Source: Hyphomicrobiales bacterium (GTDB taxonomy: Bacteria > Pseudomonadota > Alphaproteobacteria > Rhizobiales > Rhizobiaceae). Taken from it: 64,000 bases of DNA. Where the stretch lies: positions 415-64,414 of the forward strand of contig JAAEMP010000073.1 in the NCBI GenBank assembly GCA_024225445.1. The letters run 5' to 3'. The translations under genes and the position numbers were made by a program. Below the pieces are notes generated by a model. That model worked only from the letters and a program-made list of their open reading frames with translations. It made no database searches and had not been told where the DNA came from. This document shows positions 1 to 9,867 of this stretch, piece after piece; the stretch's first letter is position 1, and every line of letters begins with the position of its first letter.

Positions 1-1263
1 GGGGCCTGAAATACGCACCATGACCCCCGCCTCGTACACCGCCTGATGAATAGCGGTGATAATATCCTTGCCAACAGGTGTTTTGCTGCTTTTTTCTGAA
101 ACCAGTTCCAATGCGCACATCAGTCCGTGACCGCCTCGCACATCACCTATCAGTTCAAACTTTTCACCAAGCATCTTCAGGCCGGAATAAAGCTCAGCCC
201 CGCGCCCGGCGGCATTTTCATTGACTTTCAAGCGCTCGGTTTCCTGCAAACAGGCAATTGCAGCGGCGGCACCGACAGGATGACCTGAATAAGTATAACC
301 GGAACCGATAGAGCCGCTACCGGACGTGTCACTCTCAAATGCTTCAACCAGTTTTTCTGCAATCATCACTGCACCAAACGGGAAATATCCATTGGTAATT
401 GCCTTGGCGGTACAGGCCAAATCAGGCTGCACACCCCAATGGCGTGAACCTGTCCAACTGCCAGTACGGCCAAAGCCCGTGATTACTTCATCAGCGATCA
501 GTATTATGCCGTATTTATCGCACAAGATGCGCACACCGGGCATAAAACTCTCATGGGGAGTGATCACGCCACCTGCACCCAGCACCGGCTCCATTATCAT
601 GGCGGCAATTGTGTCGGCACCCTGAAAGTTGATTTCATCTTCCATGGCAGAAAGACATAATTGTGCCAGGCGAGCCGGATCACTTTCATCAAATGGATTG
701 CGATAAGTATAAGGTGCCGGAATATGGTAACAGCCGGGCATCAATGGTTCGTATTGTGTACGAAAATTGGAGTTGCCATTGACAGAAGCGCCGCCCGTAT
801 GGGTTCCATGATAACCTTTTTTGAGACTGAGATATTTAACCCGCCCGGCTTCTCCGCGAATTTTGTGATATTGGCGTGCAAGACGTAATGCTATTTCAAC
901 ACTGTCTGAACCGCCGGAAGTATAAAAAGCCCGGGTCAGGCCATCATCAGCAAAAAATTCACGCAGCATATAGCTAAGCTCAATCGCCGCATCATTGGAG
1001 GTCCCGCGAAACGTGGAATAATAGGGAAGCTGATCCAGCTGAGCCGAAATTGCATCTTTGACCGGGCGGCAGGAGAAGCCCAAATTGACGTTCCACAACC
1101 CGCCGACCGCATCGATGGTTTCATGCCCGTCAATATCAGTAATCCGCACACCGTGTCCGCCGGTAATAATTGTGGGTGGATTATTCAGGCTTTCTGCCGG
1201 ATGCGCCATCGGGTGCCAGAGATGTCTGGCATTATTTTCCTTCAGAAAATTACTGTCTTTCAT
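1..1263 (-). CDS. class-III (omega) aminotransferase, PLP-dependent; C-terminal end runs off the window
   Basis: Absent from the ORF track because it is open at the window edge. My reverse translation from the ATG (rc of cat 1261-1263, GAGGAG RBS upstream) reads MKDSNFLKENNARHLWHPMAHP..GGLWNVNLGF..YTSGGSDSVE..IMEPVLGAGGV..LIADEVITGFGRTG..ACTAKAITNGY..YSGHPVGAAAA. These are the typical motifs of SpuC / beta-alanine-pyruvate type transaminases. Confidence 0.85.
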   Translation of the reverse strand, partial: MKDSNFLKENNARHLWHPMAHPAESLNNPPTIITGGHGVRITDIDGHETIDAVGGLWNVNLGFSCRPVKDAISAQLDQLPYYSTFRGTSNDAAIELSYMLREFFADDGLTRAFYTSGGSDSVEIALRLARQYHKIRGEAGRVKYLSLKKGYHGTHTGGASVNGNSNFRTQYEPLMPGCYHIPAPYTYRNPFDESDPARLAQLCLSAMEDEINFQGADTIAAMIMEPVLGAGGVITPHESFMPGVRILCDKYGIILIADEVITGFGRTGSWTGSRHWGVQPDLACTAKAITNGYFPFGAVMIAEKLVEAFESDTSGSGSIGSGYTYSGHPVGAAAAIACLQETERLKVNENAAGRGAELYSGLKMLGEKFELIGDVRGGHGLMCALELVSEKSSKTPVGKDIITAIHQAVYEAGVMVRISGP

Positions 1264-1274
1264 TGAAAGTCTCC

Positions 1275-1916
1275 TCATAAACCTAGTAAGTGCAACGCAG
1301 CGCGATAACTGTCTTCAGGATCTTGCACATCGAATTGCACGGTATGCAGACCGACTTTTCTGGCACCCTCGATATTGCGGGCCTGATCATCAACAAAAAC
1401 ACATTGGCCTGCATCAAGCCCCAGATCATTCAGGCAGCCCAGATAAGCCTCTGAATCAGGCTTCAGATTATTAGTATAGGTCGCATCATGAATCACTTCG
1501 AATTTGGCAAGAAAAGGCAATTTTTCACGAAAACCGGCGCCATAAAACAGATCCAGTTCATTTGACAAAATTGCCAGGCGTATGCGTGAAGCCAATACCT
1601 TTTCAATAGCCGCATGGAATTCGGGGCGAATAATCAGATCCGGTGACGCACCGCGAACCGCCCTGACAAAATCTGCCATCTCTGCCCAGTCTGCTCCGAT
1701 CATGCCTGACACCTGCTGGGTGCGCTTGCGCCAATATTCTCGCTCGGTAATTTCATCCGCCTGCATGGATCGCCACAGGCAGTCATTATCAGGGTCAAAT
1801 GGCCCGCGCCAGGTCAATGAGCCTTGATCAAGTCCCAGGGCTTTCTCGGTGAGGTCATGGGTTTCAAACATGGTGCGGGTGATTACACCGCCAAAATCCA
1901 GGATTAGCGCTCGCAT
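1275..1916 (-). CDS. HAD-superfamily hydrolase (subfamily IA-like)
   Basis: ORF 1275..1985 contains the motifs ILDFGGV (DxG nucleophile motif), LSNE and VFVDDQARNIEGA. I prefer the start at Met24 (cat 1914-1916), just after the upstream IclR stop (1918-1920). An alternative start is at 1928. Confidence 0.75.
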   Translation of the reverse strand: MRALILDFGGVITRTMFETHDLTEKALGLDQGSLTWRGPFDPDNDCLWRSMQADEITEREYWRKRTQQVSGMIGADWAEMADFVRAVRGASPDLIIRPEFHAAIEKVLASRIRLAILSNELDLFYGAGFREKLPFLAKFEVIHDATYTNNLKPDSEAYLGCLNDLGLDAGQCVFVDDQARNIEGARKVGLHTVQFDVQDPEDSYRAALHLLGL

Positions 1917-1917
1917 G

Positions 1918-2703
1918 TCAGCTGGCATTATTCCATTGCCTTTCCAGTGGTTCGGGAATTGAGCCCCCCAGAGCATCCGAAACATTGAGACTGCCCTCCT
2001 TCAGGCCCTTGACGATGTCCTTTTTCATCCTTTTGTTCATACGGAAAACTGGAACCGCAACTGCGAGGGTTCCAATTATTTTCAACTCTTTCCCGTATAT
2101 CGGTGTGGCGATTGAAAACACTTCCTTTTCAAATCCCTGATCACAGATTGCATATCCGTTTTTGCGGGATTGCTTTACTTCATCTTCCAGCTTGGCGGGA
2201 TCAGTGGTGGTCATTCCGGTGTAGTCTTCAAGATGCCCGGCAAGCACCTTTTGGAGCAATTTTTCCGGTCCGAATGCCAGCATTGCGATCCCCGACGAAG
2301 TGGCATGCATTGGCAACATTTCTGCTTCATCAAAATACACTCGCGTACCGTGAATTTGAATATCCGCATGATAAAGTGGTGACATGAAATCACTCTGAAA
2401 CAGGGAAACATGTACTAATTCACCCAATTGCCGGGAAAGATCATCAACCCACGCTGAAACCGCAGCACGCATGGGAAATGTGCGCTCGCGAACTGCTGCC
2501 AGACGTAATACAGCCGGCCCCAAACGGTAATTCTTGGTTGTTGTATTTTGCTCAACAAAACCATTTTCCTGCAATTCTGACAAATGCCGATAAACCGTTG
2601 CCTTGTCCTGATTGGAAATTTGTTTGAATTCACTAAGCCCGATCTCAGGTCGGGAGGAAGAAAATTCATTCAATAGTTTCAGAGCTTTGGAGATCGTTCC
2701 CAT
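1918..2703 (-). CDS. IclR-family transcriptional regulator
   Basis: 261 aa. The N-terminal wHTH is ISKALKLLNEFSS..GLSEFKQISNQDKATVYRHLSELQENGFV, followed by an IclR effector-domain-length C-terminus. It is divergent from the tctCBA genes. Confidence 0.85.
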   Translation of the reverse strand: MGTISKALKLLNEFSSSRPEIGLSEFKQISNQDKATVYRHLSELQENGFVEQNTTTKNYRLGPAVLRLAAVRERTFPMRAAVSAWVDDLSRQLGELVHVSLFQSDFMSPLYHADIQIHGTRVYFDEAEMLPMHATSSGIAMLAFGPEKLLQKVLAGHLEDYTGMTTTDPAKLEDEVKQSRKNGYAICDQGFEKEVFSIATPIYGKELKIIGTLAVAVPVFRMNKRMKKDIVKGLKEGSLNVSDALGGSIPEPLERQWNNAS

Positions 2704-2809
2704 TTACAAGATTACCTTTACAATGCCGCCAGATATATCATGAGACATACTTGAGCAAATGTAATGTTGACAGAATTCGATTCGGAGCGCAATATGTTTT
2801 TGCAATGAC

Positions 2810-2826
2810 GGTTCAAATAATGAACC
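2810..2826. promoter_or_regulatory. perfect palindrome GGTTCA-N5-TGAACC in the IclR/tctC divergent intergenic region (candidate operator)
   Basis: Read directly: ggttcaaataatgaacc. Confidence 0.35.
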
Positions 2827-2878
2827 TGAAAACTTTGATTAACCAAGCCAGATATAATCCGGCTAAAGGGAGGAATAC

Positions 2879-3823
2879 ATGTTGAATAAAGCTCTAATCG
2901 CAGGGGTGGCAGTCGCAGCAACCATATTTTCTGGAGGAATAGCCGCGGCTGAGTATCCGGAAAAACCAGTACAATTCATCGTGCCATGGCCTCCCGGTGA
3001 CCTGGAAGATGTACTGACCCGGATGATCGCCGACGAGTTTCAAAAAACCTATAATGTCCCTGCCGCGGTGGTAAACAAACCGGGCGGTGGCGGCGGCCCG
3101 TTTCCAGGTGCTGTAGAAGTGGCGAATGCGCCCGGTGACGGTTACACAATCGGATCATTCATTATTGCTGTTCCAACTATTGGTCCAAAGATTGGCATTC
3201 CTGAATTAAGTCCCAATCCATTTGAACCTCTGGGCAATTTCCTGACCTATCCGTTTGTCATCGCTGCTGGTGAAAATGCACCCTATGATGATATCGATAG
3301 TCTTGCAGCACATGCCAAGAAAAACGATGTGGCGCTGGGTCATTTCGGTGCACCACTGATTCCAACCCGGGTGACCCTGGCCCTGGCCAAGAAGAAAGGC
3401 TTTGAGTTTGCTTCAGATGCAGCTTTTGATGCACTGGACTGCAACACGCTTGCATCGGGAGATGTGGACGTTATCAATACAACGTTGCAACTAATTCTAC
3501 CCTGTCTCGACAAGGTCAAGGTGCTTGCCTCAATCGGCGGTGAACGCATCAGCCTGACACCCGATGCACCAACCGTGGGCGAACTGGTGCCTGAGCTGAA
3601 CATCGCGTTGTGGAACGGGTTGTTTGTGCGCAAGGAGACACCTGCAGATGTTCGTGAGAAAATTGTCGCGGTTGCAAAAAAGGTAGCTTTATCCGATGCT
3701 GCCAAGAAACTGGCGAAGGAGACGGGTGCTCTGATCTACTGGCAGGATGTGGCGGCCGCCAACGCGCAAATCGAACAGGATAATAAAATACTTGCAGCCA
3801 TGGGCGAACTCTTAAGCGAGTAA
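2879..3823 (+). CDS. tctC: tripartite tricarboxylate transporter (TTT) substrate-binding protein, TctC/Bug family
   Basis: 314 aa with a signal peptide, EYPEKPVQFIVPWPPGD..D and a GGGG loop. An AGGGAGG RBS precedes the ATG at 2879. Confidence 0.85.
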   Translation: MLNKALIAGVAVAATIFSGGIAAAEYPEKPVQFIVPWPPGDLEDVLTRMIADEFQKTYNVPAAVVNKPGGGGGPFPGAVEVANAPGDGYTIGSFIIAVPTIGPKIGIPELSPNPFEPLGNFLTYPFVIAAGENAPYDDIDSLAAHAKKNDVALGHFGAPLIPTRVTLALAKKKGFEFASDAAFDALDCNTLASGDVDVINTTLQLILPCLDKVKVLASIGGERISLTPDAPTVGELVPELNIALWNGLFVRKETPADVREKIVAVAKKVALSDAAKKLAKETGALIYWQDVAAANAQIEQDNKILAAMGELLSE

Positions 3824-3935
3824 TGGAAAGCCAAAACTGACCGGCCGGCAGCATCTTAGGAAATGCCGGCCGATTGGCTGAATAATTCAGAGAATTATTG
3901 CAGGTAATCCTAAAATAACCGATGGCAGGATAATC

Positions 3936-4475
3936 ATGGCCGGTGCGCGTACATTACAAGATTTGTTCAAACGCTACCGAAGGCCGGGTGATCTGGTATT
4001 TGCGGTAGTATTTCTGGCTTTCTCGGTCTGGTTATTCAGCCAGCTAGGCAATGAAACCCGGTGGATGGCCCGAACCGGGCTGTTTTCCCAACCCTCATTC
4101 TGGCCAGCTGTTTCACTCGCCGGAATGACTTTATTCGCGATTTTGCACTGGATTGGCTCCATCTGTTCTCCACGTATCTATGGGCGCTGGGCCGAAGTCG
4201 GATTCTGGATGCGCGCTGTTGAATATGCGTTGTGGTTTATGGTCTATGTGCTGATCGTTCCCTTTATCGGCTATCTGCCCTCGACCATAATTTTTGCATT
4301 GGTGCTGACCTGGCGGGCCGGTTACCGGAATAAAAGATTTCTTGTATCCGCATTATTATCCGGTTGCGCAATTGTAGTTATCTTCAAGTCCTTTCTGCAG
4401 GTCAAAGTTCCCGGCGGTCAGATCTATGAATATTTGCCCGATGGACTTCGCGCTTTCATGCTGACCTACTTCTAA
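3936..4475 (+). CDS. tctB: TTT small membrane subunit, TctB family
   Basis: 179 aa with 4 predicted hydrophobic helices, positioned between the tctC and tctA homologs. Confidence 0.7.
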   Translation: MAGARTLQDLFKRYRRPGDLVFAVVFLAFSVWLFSQLGNETRWMARTGLFSQPSFWPAVSLAGMTLFAILHWIGSICSPRIYGRWAEVGFWMRAVEYALWFMVYVLIVPFIGYLPSTIIFALVLTWRAGYRNKRFLVSALLSGCAIVVIFKSFLQVKVPGGQIYEYLPDGLRAFMLTYF

Positions 4476-4488
4476 GGAGCCTGGGCAA

Positions 4489-6012
4489 ATGGACAATCTA
4501 CTCTCCGGCATCCAGATGCTTCTCAGTGTTGAGGTGATGGCAGCATTATTCATCGGATCAATTGGCGGCGTAATAATCGGTGCTATTCCAGGCGTGGGTG
4601 CAGCCGTTGCCATTGCCATTTTACTGCCTGCCACTTTTTCACTGGAACCCCTGGTTGGCCTGACCATCCTGTTGGGGATATATGGTTCCTCGATGTATGG
4701 AGGTTCACTACCGGCAATCTTGATCAATACGCCGGGAACGGCAGTTAATGCGCTGACGACTTATGACGGGTATCCGATGACCCAGCGCGGTGAAGGAAGG
4801 CGCGCTTTGGCGCTGGCCTATTCCGCCTCATTTTTTGGCGGGATATTTGCCATATTGTGCCTGATCATATTGTCACCGCTTTTGGCATTGATTGCGCCGC
4901 ATTTCGGCTCGCGTGAAATTTTCCTCGCTGCATTGCTGGGCATCATACTGGTTGTGCTCGCCCATCGTGGCCAGGTTTTTGCCGCAGGCATGCTGGCTTC
5001 TTTTGGCATTTTCATCAATACGATCGGGCTGGAACCGGTGAAATACACCAAAAGATTTACCTTTGATCAAACCTGGCTGGCCTCCGGCGTTAATCTGATC
5101 GTCGTGGTACTGGGTCTTTTTGCTCTCAGTCAGGCTTTTCTGCTGCTGGTTGACAAAGACAAAAGCCCGAAGCCGCAACCGGTAAGTGGCAGTCTGTTTT
5201 CCGGCATGAAAGAACTTTTTGGCCACAAACGCGTGGTAACCGTGTCTTCATCGATCGGCGTGATGATGGGAATGATACCCGGCGTGGGAGAATTTACCGC
5301 ACAGTTTCTGTCTTATACCTATGCTCGAAAATCATCGAAACAACCCGAAATATTTGGCAAGGGTTCACCGGAAGGCTTGATCTCTTCCGAAGCTTCAAAC
5401 AATGCCGTGCCGGGTGCCGCCATGATTCCGTTACTGGCCCTTGGCATTCCAGGAGAAGCCTTAACAGCGATGATGTTGTCGGTATTTTACGTACATAATG
5501 TCATACCGGGACCGCAATTGTTTCAAAACAAAATGGATTTTGTCATGGCTCTCTACATGGCCATGTTGATTCTCAATATCATTGTTCTGATCTTTCTGGT
5601 TTTCTCTACCAATCTGCTGACTAAAATTATTCAAATCCCCACAAGGTTTTTAGGGGTGATCATAATGGTTTTGGGTTTTGTCGGGGTTTATTCCCTGCGC
5701 AATTCCATTACGGATTGTGCCATGGCCGCCGGCTTCGGGGTATTTGGGGTGATTTTGAAACGGCTGAACCTGCCGATTGTTCCCATCATATTGGGTATGG
5801 TGCTGGGCGGGATCATGGAGGTCAAATTGCGCAGTGCGATGGCCCGGGTGAAGACTCCGCTGGATTTTGTCGATCGTCCGATTGCCGCGATATTTGCAAT
5901 AATTATTGTGCTGGTCATCGTAATGCATATCCGCACCCTGATCATCGAACACAAAAACAGGCTGAGCGAAAAAGAAACCGACCATGATATTCATGATACC
6001 CAGCAACGGTAA
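4489..6012 (+). CDS. tctA: TTT large permease, TctA family
   Basis: 507 aa, polytopic, with GAIPGVGAAVAIAILLP and MIPGVGEF repeats typical of TctA. Confidence 0.85.
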   Translation: MDNLLSGIQMLLSVEVMAALFIGSIGGVIIGAIPGVGAAVAIAILLPATFSLEPLVGLTILLGIYGSSMYGGSLPAILINTPGTAVNALTTYDGYPMTQRGEGRRALALAYSASFFGGIFAILCLIILSPLLALIAPHFGSREIFLAALLGIILVVLAHRGQVFAAGMLASFGIFINTIGLEPVKYTKRFTFDQTWLASGVNLIVVVLGLFALSQAFLLLVDKDKSPKPQPVSGSLFSGMKELFGHKRVVTVSSSIGVMMGMIPGVGEFTAQFLSYTYARKSSKQPEIFGKGSPEGLISSEASNNAVPGAAMIPLLALGIPGEALTAMMLSVFYVHNVIPGPQLFQNKMDFVMALYMAMLILNIIVLIFLVFSTNLLTKIIQIPTRFLGVIIMVLGFVGVYSLRNSITDCAMAAGFGVFGVILKRLNLPIVPIILGMVLGGIMEVKLRSAMARVKTPLDFVDRPIAAIFAIIIVLVIVMHIRTLIIEHKNRLSEKETDHDIHDTQQR

Positions 6013-6017
6013 ATCAG

Positions 6018-7505
6018 ATGCTTGAGCAAACTGACATAGACAAGCTGCGCGATAGTGCCGTCAAGCCGTGCGACCTGATGATTGGCGATAAATTCTGCGA
6101 CAGCCAGAACGGAGAGACGCTGGATGTGGTTTCACCGATCAATGGGTCGCTGCTGACAACGATTGCGGCCGGCACAAAAGACGATGCCAATCAGGCAATC
6201 AGTGCTGCCCGGGCAGCATTTGAGGATCGCCGCTGGTGCGGACAAACTCCTGCGGCGCGCAAAAATGTCCTGCTTGCATGGGCTGATCTGATTGAAGTGG
6301 AAGCACTGGAACTTACGGTTTTGGGTGTACGTGACAACGGCACTGAAATCAGTATGGCGATCAAGGCTGAGGTCGGCTCAGCGGTAAATACCATTCGCTA
6401 TTATGCCGAAGCGCTGGACAAGGTTTATGGCCAAATCGCACCAACCGACGATGATGTACTGGGGCTGGTTCACCATGAACCGGTAGGCGTTATCGGCGCG
6501 ATTGTTCCGTGGAATTTTCCATTGATGATTGGTGCCTGGAAGTTGGCTCCCGCTCTGGCAATGGGCAATTCCGTTGTCCTGAAACCATCGGAAACCGCCT
6601 CACTTTCCCTGTTGCGCATTTGCCAACTGGCACTTGACGCCGGTCTTCCCGAAGGGGTTTTGAACGTGGTGAGCGGCAGGGGCGATATTGTGGGTGAAGC
6701 AATTTCTTTGTCGATGGATGTGGATGTGATCGCATTTACCGGTTCTGGCACAACCGGACGATGCCTGCTGGAAAATTCTGCCCGCTCAAACATGAAGCGC
6801 TGTTATCTGGAACTTGGCGGCAAATCTCCCAATGTCGTCTTTGAGGATGTAGAAAACCTGAGCGAGGCAGCGAAGACCAGTGCGGCCGGAATTTTTCGCA
6901 ATTCCGGCCAAGTATGTGTGGCTGCTTCAAGGCTTGTTGTCCAGCAAAGCATTCACGATGAATTTGTCGAGGAACTGGCAAAACATGCCGCAGCAATGAA
7001 AGTTGGCAATCCGCTTGAAATCACCACCCAGAGCGGCGCGATAAATAATTCTGGCCAATTGAAGCAGGATTTGAAATTTGTCGAGATCGCCCAGGCGGAA
7101 GGGGCAAATCTGTATCAGGGTGGCCGGCAGATACTTCAGGACACCGGTGGTTACTATATGGAACCGACGATTTTTACCAATGTCAAATCTGAGGATAGTC
7201 TCGCCCGCAATGAAGTCTTTGGTCCGGTTTTGGCAGTCAGCGCATTTGAAGATGAGGCAGATGCAACTACCATTGCCAACAGCACCGATTTCGGACTTGC
7301 CGCCGGCATCTGGACAGCTGATCTCAGCCGTGCCCACCGGATGGTCCGATCGTTACGCGCAGGAGTGGTTCACGTCAACACCTATGGCGGCACCGACATA
7401 ACGGTTCCGCTGGGCGGGGTTAAACAATCTGGCAACGGCCATGATAAATCAATGCACGCATTTGACAAATATTGTGATCTGAAAACCGCATGGATCAAAC
7501 TTTGA
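6018..7505 (+). CDS. NAD(P)+-dependent aldehyde dehydrogenase
   Basis: 495 aa with VPWNFP, FTGS..TG, ELGGKSP and the catalytic Cys context GQVCVAASR. It starts 6 nt after tctA, so it is probably co-transcribed. Confidence 0.9.
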   Translation: MLEQTDIDKLRDSAVKPCDLMIGDKFCDSQNGETLDVVSPINGSLLTTIAAGTKDDANQAISAARAAFEDRRWCGQTPAARKNVLLAWADLIEVEALELTVLGVRDNGTEISMAIKAEVGSAVNTIRYYAEALDKVYGQIAPTDDDVLGLVHHEPVGVIGAIVPWNFPLMIGAWKLAPALAMGNSVVLKPSETASLSLLRICQLALDAGLPEGVLNVVSGRGDIVGEAISLSMDVDVIAFTGSGTTGRCLLENSARSNMKRCYLELGGKSPNVVFEDVENLSEAAKTSAAGIFRNSGQVCVAASRLVVQQSIHDEFVEELAKHAAAMKVGNPLEITTQSGAINNSGQLKQDLKFVEIAQAEGANLYQGGRQILQDTGGYYMEPTIFTNVKSEDSLARNEVFGPVLAVSAFEDEADATTIANSTDFGLAAGIWTADLSRAHRMVRSLRAGVVHVNTYGGTDITVPLGGVKQSGNGHDKSMHAFDKYCDLKTAWIKL

Positions 7506-7646
7506 GTAACAGACACATATACAGGATCGTTAGTGGGCAGGGCGCCCCTTTCGGCCCATCATCGTCATTGCGAAGCCTGGCCGGGTGGACCGATATCGGG
7601 CATCAAGCGGTTCATCTTTCATTAAAAATTCTCTAAGGAGCCACTC

Positions 7647-8894
7647 ATGCAACCCGGAACAATTCTAGTAATTGGTACATATGATACTAAAGATGATGAA
7701 CTGGCCTATATGGCAAAATGCATCAATTCCCAAGGCGGGAAGGTAGTGAGCATGGATGTCAGTGTACTGGGTGATCCTTCAAAACCGACCGACTATTCCA
7801 AGCACGATGTGGCGGAAGAAGGGGGCAGTTCAATCAAGGCGGCGATTGACAGCGGCAATGAGAATCTTGCCATGCAAATCATGGCCAGGGGTGCCGCCGC
7901 CCTGACCGTCCGGTTATATCACCATGGTATTTTTGACGGAGTAGTCATTCTTGGCGGATCAATGGGCACGGATCTGGCACTGGATGTCAGTACTGCGCTA
8001 CCGCTTGGTGTGCCGAAATATATTGTCTCAACCGTTTCTTTCTCGCCTTTGATTCCGCCCGAAAGGCTAGCGGCCGATACCCAGATGATCCTCTGGGCCG
8101 GTGGGTTATACGGACTCAATTCGATTTGTAAATCCTCGCTTTCCCAGGCGGCCGGCGCCGTATTGGGTGCGGCGCGCGCAGTTGAAAAACCACGAAAGGA
8201 TTTGCCGCTGATAGGCATGACCAGCCTGGGTAAAACAGCATTGAGTTATATGGTGCCACTAAAGCCGGCACTGGAAGCACGCGGGTATGAAGTGGCGATT
8301 TTTCATGCAACCGGAATGGGTGGCAGAGCGTTTGAGGCGCTGGCCGAACAAAACGCATTTGCCTGTGTTTTCGATTTCTGCACCCAGGAACTGGGAAATC
8401 ACATTCACGGATCCAATATTTCGGCTGGCGCGGATCGTTTGACCAATGCCGGTAGTAACAATACACCACAACTGGTTGCCCCGGGTTGTTATGATCTGGT
8501 TGATATTGTCGGCTGGCATGACATTCCCAAAAAATGGAGCGGTAACCCTACCCATGCCCACAACCGGCTGATTACATCAATTGTGCTCAACCATGCCCAG
8601 CGCCGCGAGGTGGCAAGAGCCCATTCAACCCAATTGGCAAAAGCCAGTAGCAAAACGGCATTTTTACTGCCTAAAGGCGGGTGTGGCGAGTGGGACCGGC
8701 CTGGGGCAGATTTGCATGATGGTGAAGGTCTGGCGGCATTTTGTGACGAGATCAGGAAAACCTGTCCTGGGAATGTCCGTCTTGAGGAACTGGATTGCCA
8801 TATCAATGATGCAGAATTTGCCGAGGCTGCACTGGCAATTTTTGATGATTGGTGCGCACAGGGAATAGTGACACCTGGAATCAACGACAACTGA
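7647..8894 (+). CDS. Tm-1-like ATP-binding domain protein (UPF0261 family)
   Basis: 415 aa. The N-terminus ILVIGTYDTKDDELAYM and the overall length match my memory of the UPF0261/Tm-1 family. A good AAGGAG RBS is present. Confidence 0.65.
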   Translation: MQPGTILVIGTYDTKDDELAYMAKCINSQGGKVVSMDVSVLGDPSKPTDYSKHDVAEEGGSSIKAAIDSGNENLAMQIMARGAAALTVRLYHHGIFDGVVILGGSMGTDLALDVSTALPLGVPKYIVSTVSFSPLIPPERLAADTQMILWAGGLYGLNSICKSSLSQAAGAVLGAARAVEKPRKDLPLIGMTSLGKTALSYMVPLKPALEARGYEVAIFHATGMGGRAFEALAEQNAFACVFDFCTQELGNHIHGSNISAGADRLTNAGSNNTPQLVAPGCYDLVDIVGWHDIPKKWSGNPTHAHNRLITSIVLNHAQRREVARAHSTQLAKASSKTAFLLPKGGCGEWDRPGADLHDGEGLAAFCDEIRKTCPGNVRLEELDCHINDAEFAEAALAIFDDWCAQGIVTPGINDN

Positions 8895-8920
8895 TTGCAT
8901 TTTAACAGGGCGCTTGCCGG

Positions 8921-9367
8921 CTACATCTCATCCAGCGCATTCAGCAAATCAAGCAATTGGCTAATATTCTGACGACCAAACCGGCCCTCCAGGTCGCTGG
9001 CGATCTGTCGCGACTGTGCCATGTTTTGGGCAATCAGGACACGACCGGTTGAAGTGATTTCAATAATTTGCCGGCGCCGGTCCGCCACATCGGGTTTACG
9101 GGTAACCAGATCGTTTTCACACAGAGTTTGAATGATGCGCGTCAGGCTTGGCATCAATAGACAGGCGCGCCTGGCAATCTCAGAAGCGTCAGATGGACCA
9201 ATTTCATCCAGTACCCGCAGTACCCGCCATTGCTGTTCGGTCACTCCAACTTTGGCCAGCATTTCACGAATTGGACCCATGACCTTTTCACGCGCCCGCA
9301 ACAGGGCAATGGGAAGGGATCTGTCGGTCGGGCTGATCGGAGCATTTTGCCTGGTCGATTTTCGCAT
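8921..9367 (-). CDS. hpaR: MarR-family regulator, HpaR-like (homoprotocatechuate operon repressor)
   Basis: 148 aa with a wHTH. It is divergent from the hpa operon, as hpaR is in E. coli. Confidence 0.75.
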   Translation of the reverse strand: MRKSTRQNAPISPTDRSLPIALLRAREKVMGPIREMLAKVGVTEQQWRVLRVLDEIGPSDASEIARRACLLMPSLTRIIQTLCENDLVTRKPDVADRRRQIIEITSTGRVLIAQNMAQSRQIASDLEGRFGRQNISQLLDLLNALDEM

Positions 9368-9409
9368 GGGTCCGGTTTAACCAGTAATTTTCCGCATGAC
9401 AATGTCCCC

Positions 9410-9444
9410 TTGACACTTCTTGTTAAACTACTTAACATGTTAAG
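9410..9444 (+). promoter_or_regulatory. sigma70-like promoter (TTGACA-17 nt-TAACAT) overlapped by the perfect 14-bp palindrome CTTAACATGTTAAG (candidate HpaR operator)
   Basis: Read directly: -35 at 9410-9415, -10 at 9433-9438, palindrome at 9431-9444. It lies about 25 nt upstream of the hpaF start. Confidence 0.5.
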
Positions 9445-9468
9445 TGTTATTGAATCAAAGGAATTCAG

Positions 9469-9867
9469 GTGCCGCACTTCTCGCTGGAATATTCTGCTAA
9501 CATGGAAGACATCACAGATATTGCAGAACTTTGCGATGTTATTCGCAAATCAGCCATTGAGACTGGCGTTTTTCCCCAAGCTGGTATCCGGGTGCGGGCC
9601 ATGAGGGCTGATCATGTCAGTATCGCCGATGGTGATCCACAAAACGGTTTTATCGATATTTCAATCAGATTGCGGGCGGGCCGGGATCTGGCAGTACGAA
9701 AAACCGCCACAACGGCAATATTCAGGGCGGCTGAAATTTTTTTGACACCGGTTCTAAAAACTCACCCGATCGCACTTTCGCTTGAAATGCGCGACATCGA
9801 TCCCGGGCTCAGCCCGAAACTGAATACCATTCGCAACCATCTCAGGGGAAACCGGGCCGATGTCTGA
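9469..9867 (+). CDS. hpaF: 5-carboxymethyl-2-hydroxymuconate delta-isomerase
   Basis: 132 aa with a GTG start. The N-terminus MPHFSLEYSAN matches the HpcD/HpaF signature (MPHF..E.S.N). Confidence 0.8.
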   Translation: MPHFSLEYSANMEDITDIAELCDVIRKSAIETGVFPQAGIRVRAMRADHVSIADGDPQNGFIDISIRLRAGRDLAVRKTATTAIFRAAEIFLTPVLKTHPIALSLEMRDIDPGLSPKLNTIRNHLRGNRADV

